Shown here: piece after piece, positions 37,657-47,792 of the stretch
Layout: every line of letters begins with the position of its first letter
Position numbering within the stretch: position 1 is the first letter of the stretch
Origin: an uncultured Gemmatimonadales bacterium
Lineage (GTDB): Bacteria; Gemmatimonadota; Gemmatimonadetes; Gemmatimonadales; GWC2-71-9
Length of the DNA: 64,000 nt
Direction: 5' to 3'
NCBI GenBank assembly: GCA_963828735.1
Contig: CAWHFW010000005.1
Span: 2,176,001 to 2,240,000, forward strand
Notes under the pieces: model-generated
The model's input: the letters and a program-made list of their open reading frames with translations, nothing else
The model's database searches: none
What the model was told of the DNA's origin: nothing
Translations under genes and position numbers: made by a program

Positions 37657-40611
37657 GTGCTCGGAACCCTCCTTCTCATCGGTCTGACGGCGACGCCGAC
37701 AGGCGCGCCGGCCGACACCGCCGGCGACGGCGCCCGCCGGCTCGTGCGCGAGGCGCGCATCGCCGTCGAGGGAGACAGCGCGCCGGCCGTCATGGCCCGA
37801 TGGTCGGCGCGACTCGCTCCCGACTCCACCGACCGCGCGGCCCTCCTCGTCCTCGCCACCGCGGCCCGCCTGTCCTACGACGATCCGACGGCGACGCGCC
37901 TGTACCGGCGCCTGCTCCCGCCCCCACGGAGCAGCGCCGACGCATACACGGACTATGCCCGCCTTGGCCTCGCCCGGCTCGCCTTTGACCGCACGGACAT
38001 GCCGGAGTCCGACTCCCTCGCGCGCGCGGCGCTCACCGGTGCGCGCGCGCGTCACGACCGCATCGCCGAAGGCGAGGCGCTCCTCGCCGTGGCCGACGCG
38101 AGGATGGACGAGGACGCGCCGGTGGGCATGGCCTATCTCGACAGCGCGCGCCGGGCGCCGCCAGGCACCGCGACGGAGCTGCTCGCGGAGGTGGGCTGCC
38201 GGCGTGTCCGCCTCGCCTTTCGGAGCGGGGCGACGCTTCGCCCAAGCGAGTTCGCGGCGGCGCTGGGGTACGCGCGGCGGGCCGGGGCACGCCGAGCGGA
38301 GTCGCAGTGCCTGCGTACCGCCGCGATCGACTTCTGGACCCGGGGCCTCGAGGATTCGGCGGTCGTGCTCTTGCGGCAGTCGGCCGAGCTCCAGCGCGCG
38401 GTCCGCGACCGGCGCTCGCTCGCGTTCACCCTGACGACGCTGGCGGACCTCTACCGCGACCGCGGCGCCTACGGCGAGTCGAGGGCCGCAGCGAACGAGT
38501 CGCTCGCGCAGGCCAGCGCGTCGCACTACGTGTCCGGCGAGGCCCTGGCGACCCAGATGCTGGGCACGCTCGCCTACTCCCTCCGCGACATCCCCACCGC
38601 CGCGCGCCAGCTCGATCGGGCGTACGCGCTGTACGGTACGCTCAACGATTCGGCCGATCAGATGAACGTACGGTCCTGGCAGGCGAACATCGCGCGCGAC
38701 GAGGGCGATCTGGCGGGCGCGCGCCGGCTGACGCGCGAGGTGATCGCCGAGGCCCGTCGCGAGGACGCCGTACCGTGGACGGTCGATCTGTTCCAGGCGC
38801 TCGCCGACATCGAGATCCTCGCCGGCGACTGGCCGGCCGCCGCCGCCGCGCTCGACACCGCCGAGCAGGTCCTCCGCGCCCATGGCACCGAGACGTGGTC
38901 CGGCAAGCTGGTCTACCAGCGCGGCCGTCTCGCCCTGCGGCGCGGCGACCTCGACAGCGCCGAGACCATCTTCCGGCGCTACCTCCGCCGCTTGGGACCG
39001 GAAGACCGGCTGCGGCAGCATGAGACCCGCGCCTACCTCGCCGAGATCCTGGCCCGTCGTGGCCACCTGGCAGCCGCCGAGCAGGAGCTGACCGCCGCGA
39101 GCGACGCCCTGGACGCATGGCGCGCGACGCTCGATGACCAGGAGCTCCGGCGCTTCGCCTTCCAGGCGACCGCGACCGACGAGAGTGACCGGAATGCGAG
39201 CGTCCCCCGCGTCCTCGCGGCACTCGCCGCGGGGGGGCGGACCGAGGCGGCGTTCGCGCTGGCCGAACGGCGCCGGGCGCGCGAGCTCGGCGACCGGCTG
39301 CTCGCGGCGTCGGCGCTCGACGCTCGTTCGCCGGAAGGCCCGAGCGACGCATCGAGCGCGGGTGCGGTGACCGGCTCTGTCACCCGCGCGACCACTGCCG
39401 CCGGCATCGCGGGACTCCTGCCCGACGACGGGACAGTGCTGGTCGAGTATGTCACCGGTGCCCTCGGCGCGCCCACGACCGCCTTCGTCATCACCCGTCG
39501 CGGCGGGCCGCCGCGCGCGTACATCCTCCCGCCGGCCGATTCGCTCGCCGGGCCGATCGGGCGCTTCGTCGCGCTGGTCGCGAAGGGCGAGGTCGCGACG
39601 CGGGACGCGCGAGCCCTCGGGGGCGTCCTCGTCGACCCGGTCCTCGCCGGGCTTGGGCCCGAGGTCGTCCGGCTGGTAATCGTCCCGGACGGGCCGCTGC
39701 ATCGCGTGCCGTGGGACGCGCTCCGGCTCGCGGACGGGCGCTGGCTCGTGGAGCGCTACGCGGTGGGCCTCGCCCCGTCGGCGGGCGCGCTCGCCGTGCT
39801 CTGGCAACGTTCGCGTACGGCAACGCCGGCCGACTCGCTCCGCCTGCTCGCCATGGGCGATCCCGACTTCGGCCGCCTCGCCAGCCGGGACACCGAGCTC
39901 TTCGCCGCCGCCGGTGGGCTGCCGCCGCTCCCGGCCTCGGGCGCCGAGGCGCGGCTCGTCGCCCGCTACGCGCCGCATGCCGAGCTGCGCCTCGGCGCCG
40001 ACGCCAGCGCCGCCTGGCTGCGCCATGCCTCGCTAGTCAAGTTCCGGGTGCTTCACCTCGCCACCCACGCCCTGGTGGACGACCGTGCGCTTGGCCGTAC
40101 AGCACTCGCCCTCGCGCCCGGCGACACGACCACCTCCGACACGGGCTCGGGCCTCGTGACCCCCGGCGACCTGGCGCGGCTGCAACTCGACGCCGACCTC
40201 GTCGTGCTCTCGGCGTGTCGCACCGCTGGGGGCGTCGTGGTGGATGGGGAGGGGATTCAGGGCCTCACCGGTCCGCTGCTCGAGGCAGGAGCCCGCAGCG
40301 TGGTCGCCACGAGCTGGCGCGTGGGGGACCGGAGCACGGCGCGCTTCGTGGAGGGGCTCTACACGGCGCTGGCGGACCGCCGGCCGGTCATCGACGCCCT
40401 GCGCGCGGCCAAGCTGGGGGCGGTGCGGGATGGCACGCCGCCAAGCGTCTGGGCGGCGTTCGAGATGGTAGGCGATCCGGCGACCCTCGTGCCGCTCACG
40501 CCGCCGCGTCCGAGGACGGCGTGGTGGGCGGGTGGCGGGGGCCTGCTCGTACTCGCGATCGCCGCCGCGCTCCGTCGGTGGCGCTCGCGCCCGATCAGCA
40601 GTCGGTCGTGA
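37657..40611 (+). CDS. TPR + CHAT (caspase-like) domain protein with N-terminal signal and C-terminal TM helix
   Basis: IVPDGPLHRVPW, LHLATHA (His), LVVLSAC (Cys), GEG, SWRVGD, WAAF. Confidence 0.93.
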   Translation: MLGTLLLIGLTATPTGAPADTAGDGARRLVREARIAVEGDSAPAVMARWSARLAPDSTDRAALLVLATAARLSYDDPTATRLYRRLLPPPRSSADAYTDYARLGLARLAFDRTDMPESDSLARAALTGARARHDRIAEGEALLAVADARMDEDAPVGMAYLDSARRAPPGTATELLAEVGCRRVRLAFRSGATLRPSEFAAALGYARRAGARRAESQCLRTAAIDFWTRGLEDSAVVLLRQSAELQRAVRDRRSLAFTLTTLADLYRDRGAYGESRAAANESLAQASASHYVSGEALATQMLGTLAYSLRDIPTAARQLDRAYALYGTLNDSADQMNVRSWQANIARDEGDLAGARRLTREVIAEARREDAVPWTVDLFQALADIEILAGDWPAAAAALDTAEQVLRAHGTETWSGKLVYQRGRLALRRGDLDSAETIFRRYLRRLGPEDRLRQHETRAYLAEILARRGHLAAAEQELTAASDALDAWRATLDDQELRRFAFQATATDESDRNASVPRVLAALAAGGRTEAAFALAERRRARELGDRLLAASALDARSPEGPSDASSAGAVTGSVTRATTAAGIAGLLPDDGTVLVEYVTGALGAPTTAFVITRRGGPPRAYILPPADSLAGPIGRFVALVAKGEVATRDARALGGVLVDPVLAGLGPEVVRLVIVPDGPLHRVPWDALRLADGRWLVERYAVGLAPSAGALAVLWQRSRTATPADSLRLLAMGDPDFGRLASRDTELFAAAGGLPPLPASGAEARLVARYAPHAELRLGADASAAWLRHASLVKFRVLHLATHALVDDRALGRTALALAPGDTTTSDTGSGLVTPGDLARLQLDADLVVLSACRTAGGVVVDGEGIQGLTGPLLEAGARSVVATSWRVGDRSTARFVEGLYTALADRRPVIDALRAAKLGAVRDGTPPSVWAAFEMVGDPATLVPLTPPRPRTAWWAGGGGLLVLAIAAALRRWRSRPISSRS

Positions 40612-40698
40612 GCCTCGATATCTTGCTGAGCCCGGCGATCCTCGCCGAGCTGGCACCGCTCGTGCATTGAGGGGTTCGCCCTGTCCAGTCGAGGCTCT

Positions 40699-42405
40699 GT
40701 GCTGATTCCGAAGCTGTTCACCACGCTCCGGACATACGATCGCTCGCAGTTCCTGGCGGATTCGGTAGCCGGCGTCATCGTCGGGATCGTCGCCCTGCCG
40801 TTGGCCATCGCCTTCGCCATCGCCAGCGGGGTCACGCCGGAGCGTGGTCTCATTACGGCGATCGTCGCCGGATTTCTCATCTCCTTGTTGGGCGGGTCAC
40901 GGGTCCAGATCGGCGGGCCGACCGGGGCCTTCGTCGTCATCGTCTACGGCATCGTTCAACGGTACGGCCTCGATGGACTGCTGTTGGCGAATCTGATGGC
41001 TGGCGCCATGCTCATCGCCTTTGGCGTCGCGCGACTCGGAGCCGCGATCAAGTTCATCCCGTATCCCGTCGTGATCGGCTTCACCAGCGGCATCGCCGTG
41101 ATCATCTTCTCGGGCCAGGTCAAGGATTTCCTCGGGTTGTCGATGGGCGCGGTGCCGGCCGAGTTCGTCGCCAAGTGGCAGGCATACGGGGGTCATCTCA
41201 CCGGAGTCAATCCGTGGGCGGTCGGTATCAGTCTCCTGAGTCTCGCAATCATCAGTCAGTGGCCCCGGGTGGGGCGGCGCGTGCCGGGCCCATTCGTGGC
41301 ACTGATCGTCACAACCGTAGTCGCTTCGGCCTTTCACCTGCCAGTCGAAACGATTGGAAGTCGCTTTGGGGGCATTCCGGCCGGCCTTCCGCGTCCCGTT
41401 CTGCCCCATGTCTCGATGGCGGACGCGTCTGCGCTCGTCGGCCCGGCATTTACCATCGCCATCCTTGCGGCCGTGGAGTCGCTCCTCTCGGCAGTCGTGG
41501 CCGACGGGATGATCGGTGGGCGCCACCGTTCGAACATGGAACTCGTCGCCCAGGGCATCGCGAATATCGCGAGCCCCCTGTTCGGTGGCATCCCCGCTAC
41601 CGGAGCCATCGCGCGCACCGCGACGAACGTGAAAAATGGCGGCCGCACCCCGGTGGCCGGCATGATACACGCGTTGACCCTGCTGCTCATCACGCTGTTC
41701 TTCGGGCGCTGGGCGGCCCGTATCCCGCTGGCGACGCTCGCCGCCATTCTCGTCGTCGTGGCCTACCACATGAGCGAATGGCGGACGTTCAAGAGCCTGT
41801 TGCTCTCGCCGAGAAGCGATGTACTGGTGCTCCTGACCACGTTCCTGCTCACGGTGCTCGTCGACCTGACGGTGGCTATCGAGGTAGGGATGGTACTGGC
41901 GGCCTTTCTGTTCATGAAGCGCATGGCCGAGGTCACCAACGTCACCACGATCACGCGCGATCTAGCGGACCCGAGCACGCCCAGCACGGACGAGTCGGGC
42001 GCGCTTTATCGTCGCGAGGTACCGCCGGAGGTCGAGGTATACGAGATCAACGGTCCCTTCTTCTTCGGCGCGGCTGAGGCGTTCAAGAATGCGGTAGGGC
42101 AGGTGGCCAGGAAACCGGCCGTGCTCATTATCCGCATGCGGCATGTGCCCGCCATGGATGCCACGGGACTCCATGCCCTGAAAACGCTCATCCGACAGGC
42201 TGGCCACGATCGCACGCGGGTCATCCTCGCCGAGGTCCACGCACAGCCCATGGTGGCGCTGACCCGCTCGGACATTCTCGAGGAGGTGGGCGAGTCGAAT
42301 CTGGCGGGCTCTCTCGACGACGCGCTCGAGATCGCCAGGACGCATCTGGAGGCCCGTGCGGGTGCGGTTCCCGTGCCTCCGGCGGCTCCCACGTCTCCCG
42401 GGTGA
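40699..42405 (+). CDS. SulP/SLC26 anion permease with STAS domain
   Basis: VALPLAIAFAIASG, GGPTGA, ESLLSA, ATGAIART, GPFFFGAA, DATG. Confidence 0.96.
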   Translation: MLIPKLFTTLRTYDRSQFLADSVAGVIVGIVALPLAIAFAIASGVTPERGLITAIVAGFLISLLGGSRVQIGGPTGAFVVIVYGIVQRYGLDGLLLANLMAGAMLIAFGVARLGAAIKFIPYPVVIGFTSGIAVIIFSGQVKDFLGLSMGAVPAEFVAKWQAYGGHLTGVNPWAVGISLLSLAIISQWPRVGRRVPGPFVALIVTTVVASAFHLPVETIGSRFGGIPAGLPRPVLPHVSMADASALVGPAFTIAILAAVESLLSAVVADGMIGGRHRSNMELVAQGIANIASPLFGGIPATGAIARTATNVKNGGRTPVAGMIHALTLLLITLFFGRWAARIPLATLAAILVVVAYHMSEWRTFKSLLLSPRSDVLVLLTTFLLTVLVDLTVAIEVGMVLAAFLFMKRMAEVTNVTTITRDLADPSTPSTDESGALYRREVPPEVEVYEINGPFFFGAAEAFKNAVGQVARKPAVLIIRMRHVPAMDATGLHALKTLIRQAGHDRTRVILAEVHAQPMVALTRSDILEEVGESNLAGSLDDALEIARTHLEARAGAVPVPPAAPTSPG

Positions 42406-42589
42406 AAGGCCATCCCATCACGGACGAGACCGCTCACCAGCGCGCCGCTCACCTCCCCGCTCCCCCCACCGATCGCTTAGGACCTGCCCCCGAGCCCCAG
42501 ACCCCGGGCCCGAGTGAGAACGATCTCCCCCTCGCCACGTCCCACGGAAAAGCCCTGTTGAACACTCGGACCCTGGACCAGGAACGGCC

Positions 42590-43453
42590 ATGCGCACCAC
42601 GACTAGCACCTTTGCCACGCGTTCGGTTCTCCTCCTCGCCACCGCCGCCCTCACGGTGGGGGCCATCCACGTCGCGCGACCGACGCCCAGCGCCGGCGGC
42701 CACCACACCCGCTACAGCGCCCCCGTGGCGCTCGGGAACGGCCAGGCCCGCACCTACGTCGTGATGGACGAGCGCTCCAGCCGCCCGGTGGAGGTGGGCA
42801 TCGCCCTGAGCGCCGAAGCCCTCGAAGGCCTGCCGAAGGATTCGCCGGATCACGGCCCGGGCTCCCACGGTCCCCACAGCGAGTACCTGCTCGACCTGCC
42901 CGCCGGCAACCCGACCCCGTACCGGTTCGTCGAGCTCGACTGGAACCCGCACGGCCATGGCGGCCCGTACACCGCGCCGCACCTCGACTTCCACTTCTAC
43001 CGGGTGCCACTCGGGACCCGCAACGAGATCGACATCACCGCCGCCGACTTCGCCGCCAAGGCCGCCCGGATGCCGGCCGCCGACGAGATCCGCCCCGGCT
43101 ACGTGTCCACGCACGTCCTTCTCGGCACCACGCCGGCCGGCATGACCGTCCCGCGCATGGGGCTCCACTGGGTGGACCTCAAGTCGCCTGAGCTGCCACC
43201 GCAGAATCAGCCGTTCACGCGGACGTTCATCACGGGGTCGTGGGACGGGCAGGTGATCTTCGACGAGCCGATGGTGACGCGCGACTTCATCCTCGCCCGG
43301 CGCTCGGGCTCCGCCACCGCGGAGACGATCGCGCTGCCGCAGTCGAAGCGCTATGTACCGGCCGGGTTCTATCCGGAGAGCTATGGCATCCGATGGGACG
43401 AGGCCGCGGGGGAATACCGCATCGCTCTGCAGGACCTGACCTGGCGGGACTAG
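42590..43453 (+). CDS. Secreted His-rich DUF5602 (TTHB210-like) protein
   Basis: Signal peptide; DWNPHGH, PHLDFHFY, PRMGLHW, FDEPMVT. Confidence 0.8.
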   Translation: MRTTTSTFATRSVLLLATAALTVGAIHVARPTPSAGGHHTRYSAPVALGNGQARTYVVMDERSSRPVEVGIALSAEALEGLPKDSPDHGPGSHGPHSEYLLDLPAGNPTPYRFVELDWNPHGHGGPYTAPHLDFHFYRVPLGTRNEIDITAADFAAKAARMPAADEIRPGYVSTHVLLGTTPAGMTVPRMGLHWVDLKSPELPPQNQPFTRTFITGSWDGQVIFDEPMVTRDFILARRSGSATAETIALPQSKRYVPAGFYPESYGIRWDEAAGEYRIALQDLTWRD

Positions 43454-43475
43454 CCGCCGACCCACGCGCCGCGGG

Positions 43476-44366
43476 CTACCGTACCCGGGTCGCCCGCGCC
43501 GCCGTGCTGCCGCTCTGCGTCTCGACCTCGAAGCCCGTCGCCCGCCCGTTCTCCACCGTGAACGACACGATCATGCCCGCGTCCGCCCAGTACTGGCCGT
43601 CCGCGTACCGGCGCGCGCGGCTGAACTCGTCATCGCTGGCGGGGCTCAGTATGAAGTCGCGGCGGTCTGGCTCCATGCCGTCGGCATCGCGCCAGCGGAG
43701 CGTGTCGCCCGCCTGGACGATGTCCACCAGCAGCCGTTCCCGCTTGACGCCTTCGTCGTCCCGCATGAGCACGTGAAGGTCGTAGCGGCCGACGTAGGGC
43801 GCCGCGTCGCCGCGCGAGGCGAGCAGCGCGAGCGGCGGTGGGATCGCGGCGATCTCGAGCGGGACCACCACCGGGCCCCAGCGCAGGCGGAGCGTGGTCG
43901 CCGCCGGACGCACCGCGGGGAAATCGAAGGTGAGGACCTCGACCGGTGGGCCACTCGCGGGTGGCACCGTGAGCCGAAGCTGCTCGTCGGTCGAATCGGA
44001 TGGTGGGGGGACGTGGAACTTGTGCCAGGTCCGGTGGAACTCGACCGTCCAGCGGTCCGGCCGCACCACCGTCCAGAGCGCGTACTTCCCCTTCGGCAGG
44101 ATCGCGCCGTTCACCCGCACGTCATGGTCCACATCCACCGTCGTGGCCCAGTTGGCGCCCGGTGTCCAGTGCTCGCCCCAGGTGACGACCTTCCCGAACA
44201 GCGAGTCCCGCCCGCGAGCCACCGGTCGGTAGTACTCGACCGTGATCGTCGTGCCGGCGATGGTCTGCGCCGCGACGCCGTGTTCGCTCAGCATCCCCTG
44301 CGCCGCGCCCGGCCGCGCCCCGGCCACCGCGAGCGCGCCGAGCGCGACCGCCGTCGCGGCGCGCAT
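43476..44366 (-). CDS. DUF2911 domain secreted protein with a C-terminal extension
   Basis: YYRPVARGR..FG..W..GANWAT..GKYALW. Confidence 0.88.
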   Translation of the reverse strand: MRAATAVALGALAVAGARPGAAQGMLSEHGVAAQTIAGTTITVEYYRPVARGRDSLFGKVVTWGEHWTPGANWATTVDVDHDVRVNGAILPKGKYALWTVVRPDRWTVEFHRTWHKFHVPPPSDSTDEQLRLTVPPASGPPVEVLTFDFPAVRPAATTLRLRWGPVVVPLEIAAIPPPLALLASRGDAAPYVGRYDLHVLMRDDEGVKRERLLVDIVQAGDTLRWRDADGMEPDRRDFILSPASDDEFSRARRYADGQYWADAGMIVSFTVENGRATGFEVETQSGSTAARATRVR

Positions 44367-44837
44367 TCAGCTGCCGTAGCGCGCTTCGATCGCCGCGCGG
44401 ATCTCGTCGAGCGATCGGCCCTTGCCGTGTAGCCGGTACGCGAGCCGCGCCTGGCCCTCGCAGACCTCGCAGTCCATCGCCATCGCGTCGTCTCCTTCGT
44501 AGCAGGAGAGCAGCGAGCGCATGCCGGGGGCGTCGGAGCAGCCGCACTGGCACCGAATGCCGTCGAGAATTTCGGGGATGGTCCGCGCCTCGTCGAACGC
44601 GGCGACCGCCTTGGGATGCTCCCGCACGAGCTCGGGGCGTGCCATGTGCGACGCGTCGATTCCGGGACGCGGGTCCGGATGCGGCCCGCCGTTCCTCAGC
44701 GAACGCCGGCACGCGGCGCGGTGCCGGACGGCGTGCGGGGGCGGTGTGAAGCCGCCGGTCACGAGGCCGAGGGATACCGCGGCGCATGCACGGAGCCCGG
44801 TGCCGATCAGGCTCCGGCGGGTGACGAGACGGGGCAT
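44367..44837 (-). CDS. PCYCGC-motif (lipo)protein with a twin-arginine-like N-terminus
   Basis: TRRSLI; RCQCGC..SLLSCY..CEVC..IRAAIEARYG; its stop directly abuts the DUF2911 ATG. Confidence 0.85.
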   Translation of the reverse strand: MPRLVTRRSLIGTGLRACAAVSLGLVTGGFTPPPHAVRHRAACRRSLRNGGPHPDPRPGIDASHMARPELVREHPKAVAAFDEARTIPEILDGIRCQCGCSDAPGMRSLLSCYEGDDAMAMDCEVCEGQARLAYRLHGKGRSLDEIRAAIEARYGS

Positions 44838-44927
44838 GTGGCCCTCATGCGGTCGAATCAGTCAACGTGGGGACTTGGTCCCCAATTCATCTACGACCGC
44901 GAGGCGCGCCAGGTTGCGACTCGCGCC

Positions 44928-45452
44928 CTAGGCCTTCGCCGTCTGCATCTTCTCCCGCATCGCCGCCATGTCTTCCCGGTTCGGTCCGTAGATGGCCGGC
45001 GGCGTGCCGCCCGCCAGGCGGCACATGAGGGACAGCTGGCCGCGGTGATGGACCAGGTGCATCAGGATCCCGCCCCACAGCATGTCGCGGATGCTCATCT
45101 GCCGGTCGGCGAACGGAAGCTCCTGGTCGAGCTGATCCTCCGTGAGGTTGGCCAGCCGCGCCACCGACTCCTCGTGCACCTTGCGGTATCCGGGCGCGAG
45201 CAGCCGGACCTCGCGCGGACGCTGGAGATTGGGCGGGACCTCCTGGAACGTGACGGCGCCCTTGCTGATGCCGTAGCTGATGTAGGCGTCCACCTCGCTC
45301 AGGTGCCACGCCAGCTCGCCGAGGGAGCGGCCCTTCGGGTCGGGCCGGAAATCGTACTGCGAGGGCGGGAGCGCGTCGAGCAGGCGGGCGGTGGATTCGG
45401 CTTCCATGTTCCACACCGTGCGGAACCGGTCGAGCTCGTTTATGGGTGCCAT
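44928..45452 (-). CDS. DinB family protein
   Basis: GRSLGELAWH, HLVHHRGQL, PAIYGP; GGAGAGGA RBS. Confidence 0.92.
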   Translation of the reverse strand: MAPINELDRFRTVWNMEAESTARLLDALPPSQYDFRPDPKGRSLGELAWHLSEVDAYISYGISKGAVTFQEVPPNLQRPREVRLLAPGYRKVHEESVARLANLTEDQLDQELPFADRQMSIRDMLWGGILMHLVHHRGQLSLMCRLAGGTPPAIYGPNREDMAAMREKMQTAKA

Positions 45453-45550
45453 GGTATCCTCTCCGAACGGGGTCGATCGTGGGCGTGATCCTATTGTGCA
45501 CGGCCGGACGCCTCGGCGCAAACGGTGTCGAGCGCTGGGACGCCACCGCG

Positions 45551-46297
45551 CTACGGCCCGAGCGATGAAGCCAGGGTCATCAGATTCACCGGCTTGACGT
45601 GAATCAATCCGCCGCGCGGCGAATCGATGTCGGCGATCAACAATAGGGCCATGGACACGATGGCCGGGAGCACGCCGATCAGCAGGCCCGTCGAGCGGCC
45701 GCCGTGCCACGAGAAGCCGACCATGGCGGTGGAGCAGATCGCGATGACTTCGAGGAGCACCCAGGCCGCGGTCGGGATCCGGTTCCACCAGGCGGCCTGC
45801 GTATAACCTTGCGAGTTGATCACGTCGTTCATCCCGGCCACGGCGAGCCAGGTGACGGGCGTCTGCTCGGAGGCGATCCCGCTCTGCACGGCGCCCCACA
45901 GCTGCGTCTGGAGTTGCGCCGTCTCGGCATTGATCCGCGTGAGCGCGTCCGGGCGACGGGTCTCGTAGTACAAAATCCGCTGCTCCACGTAGCTCCGAAG
46001 CAGTCTCCGGACGTTCTCGCCACCGGTCGGCAGCAGGTCCGCGCGGAGGTACTCCGTGCCGATCGCGTTTGCTTCCTCCTCTTCGTACAGTTTCCGCTGG
46101 TCGTAGCGGGCGACGGCCATCGAGAAGGTGAAGCCGACGATGAGGCCCAGGAGGGTGAGCGTGGCCGTCATGACGACCCCGAGGTCCTCGCGGAGGGGAT
46201 CCGCGCGGTCCGCGAACCGCGCGCCGACTTTCGCCGAGGTCCAGAGCACGACGAGCGACACCGCGAACAACACCAGCGGGAAGTTCACGAGACTCAT
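45551..46297 (-). CDS. DUF4239 / bestrophin-like membrane protein
   Basis: LLGLIVGFTFSMAVARYDQRK..EANAIGT; DIDSPRGGLI. Confidence 0.85.
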   Translation of the reverse strand: MSLVNFPLVLFAVSLVVLWTSAKVGARFADRADPLREDLGVVMTATLTLLGLIVGFTFSMAVARYDQRKLYEEEEANAIGTEYLRADLLPTGGENVRRLLRSYVEQRILYYETRRPDALTRINAETAQLQTQLWGAVQSGIASEQTPVTWLAVAGMNDVINSQGYTQAAWWNRIPTAAWVLLEVIAICSTAMVGFSWHGGRSTGLLIGVLPAIVSMALLLIADIDSPRGGLIHVKPVNLMTLASSLGP

Positions 46298-46664
46298 CCT
46301 GTCGCCCCCGGATAGGGTCTTGGCGGCACCATGGGCAGAGGATGGCGGGGGCCTGCCGAACCGACCACTGGACCTTGGTCTACCGGGCGTTCGCGCTCGT
46401 CCGGTGCCGAGGCCTTCGACGTCGCGGTGGAAGGACAGGGCGGGCGTGACGGTGCTCGGGGATACCAGATGGGGAGTGTCCTCGTGCCGCCATCGAAGAC
46501 ACCAGGGAGTGCTCGGCACTCTCGCATAGCGGCGCGCCGCGCCGCTGCGCGCGATGTCGCCAGGTACTTGCACCGCGTTTACGGTGAGGGTCGAGATGTA
46601 ACGGTAGGTCGCCGTGCGGAGCTCGATCGACGCGTCCAGGAACCGACGGTACAGCCCCAGCGGA

Positions 46665-47792
46665 TCACAGCAGCTTGACGATCCAGTCTCCGATCAGGTA
46701 GCCGATCCCCGCCACGCCGACGCCGACGAGGAACATGTCCATCCCGCTCCGTACTACCCCTCGACCTGTGAAAAAGCTCCGTGCCGCGCCGACGGCGAAG
46801 TGGGAGAGCATGGCCAGGATGAACGAGGTCCAGATCGCCTCGCGGCTGGTGCTGAAGACCAGCGGCGCGACGGGAATGAAGGCGCCGAACGCTGTCGCGA
46901 TGCCGGTGATCCAGGCCTCGCGCATCGGCGTGGTCGTCGCCTCTCCGATCTTGAGCTCTTCCCGCACCTGCTCCGTGAGTGCGCGCGCCGGATCCTGCAT
47001 GATCTGCGCGGCGAGCGCGTTGGCTTGGTCGGTCGGCACGCCCTTCGTCTGGTAGATGAGGCTCAGCTCCTCCTGCTCGAGGTCCGGCATAAGCCGGATC
47101 TCCTCCTTCTCCATCGCGATCTCGTGCTCGAACACCTCGCGCTCGCTCTTGGCCGCGAGGTACCCGGACGAGCCCATCGATAAGGCGTCCGCCGCCATCC
47201 CCGCGAGCCCCGCGACCACGACGGCGTGCTCCGCCATCGGCAGGTTGCTCTGCGCGCCGATCATGCCCGCCACCAGGCCGAAGTTCGCGGTCAGCCCGTC
47301 ATTGAACCCGTAGACTACGTTCCGGAGGAAGCCGCCCGCCCCCGTCTTGTGCCAGGGCTCCCCGTCCGCCCCGGTGATCGAGGCCAGCGTCTCGGCGTGC
47401 TCCTTCGATTCCTTGGCCAGGGTCAGTGCCGTCGGTCCCACCACTCCATCGGGCGACTCCTGATACAGGCTCAGGTAGCCCTTGACCTCCCGACCCTCTT
47501 CCTGGAGCAGCATCGGCAGCAGGATCCCAGCGCCGACCCGCCGGGCCACCCAGGCGCGAAGCCGCGCCCCACGCGACGGTGGTGGCGGCGCCACGTCGTG
47601 TCCGTTCTCGGCCAGCAGCTTCCGCCACATCTCCACGTGCCGATCCTCGACCTGCGCCAGCTTCCGGTACAGGTCGGCCTTCCGCGTGTCCCGCTCGGCC
47701 TGGGCCAGCTCGCGGTACAGAAACGCCGCATCCGCCTCGTCCTCGAGATGGTGCAACCAGATGTCAGGAGCGGCAGTTGGCGAGGAGTTCAT
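46665..47792 (-). CDS. VIT1/CCC1 iron transporter with an N-terminal rubrerythrin/ferritin-like domain
   Basis: E..A..Y, EDRH and ESKEH carboxylate motifs; RNVVYGFNDGL and SMGSSGYLA. Confidence 0.92.
   Translation of the reverse strand: MNSSPTAAPDIWLHHLEDEADAAFLYRELAQAERDTRKADLYRKLAQVEDRHVEMWRKLLAENGHDVAPPPPSRGARLRAWVARRVGAGILLPMLLQEEGREVKGYLSLYQESPDGVVGPTALTLAKESKEHAETLASITGADGEPWHKTGAGGFLRNVVYGFNDGLTANFGLVAGMIGAQSNLPMAEHAVVVAGLAGMAADALSMGSSGYLAAKSEREVFEHEIAMEKEEIRLMPDLEQEELSLIYQTKGVPTDQANALAAQIMQDPARALTEQVREELKIGEATTTPMREAWITGIATAFGAFIPVAPLVFSTSREAIWTSFILAMLSHFAVGAARSFFTGRGVVRSGMDMFLVGVGVAGIGYLIGDWIVKLL

Noticed and set aside
40608..40670. 20-codon ORF MSLDILLSPAILAELAPLVH overlapping the CHAT stop, faintly like an SbtA N-terminus
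   Set aside because: Too short for the resemblance to be meaningful.
46298..46664. In-frame upstream extension of the DUF4239 ORF, including a protein-like stretch (DPLGLYRRFLDASIELR)
   Set aside because: No recognisable family and no convincing start or RBS; cannot be supported as a gene or relic without a search.
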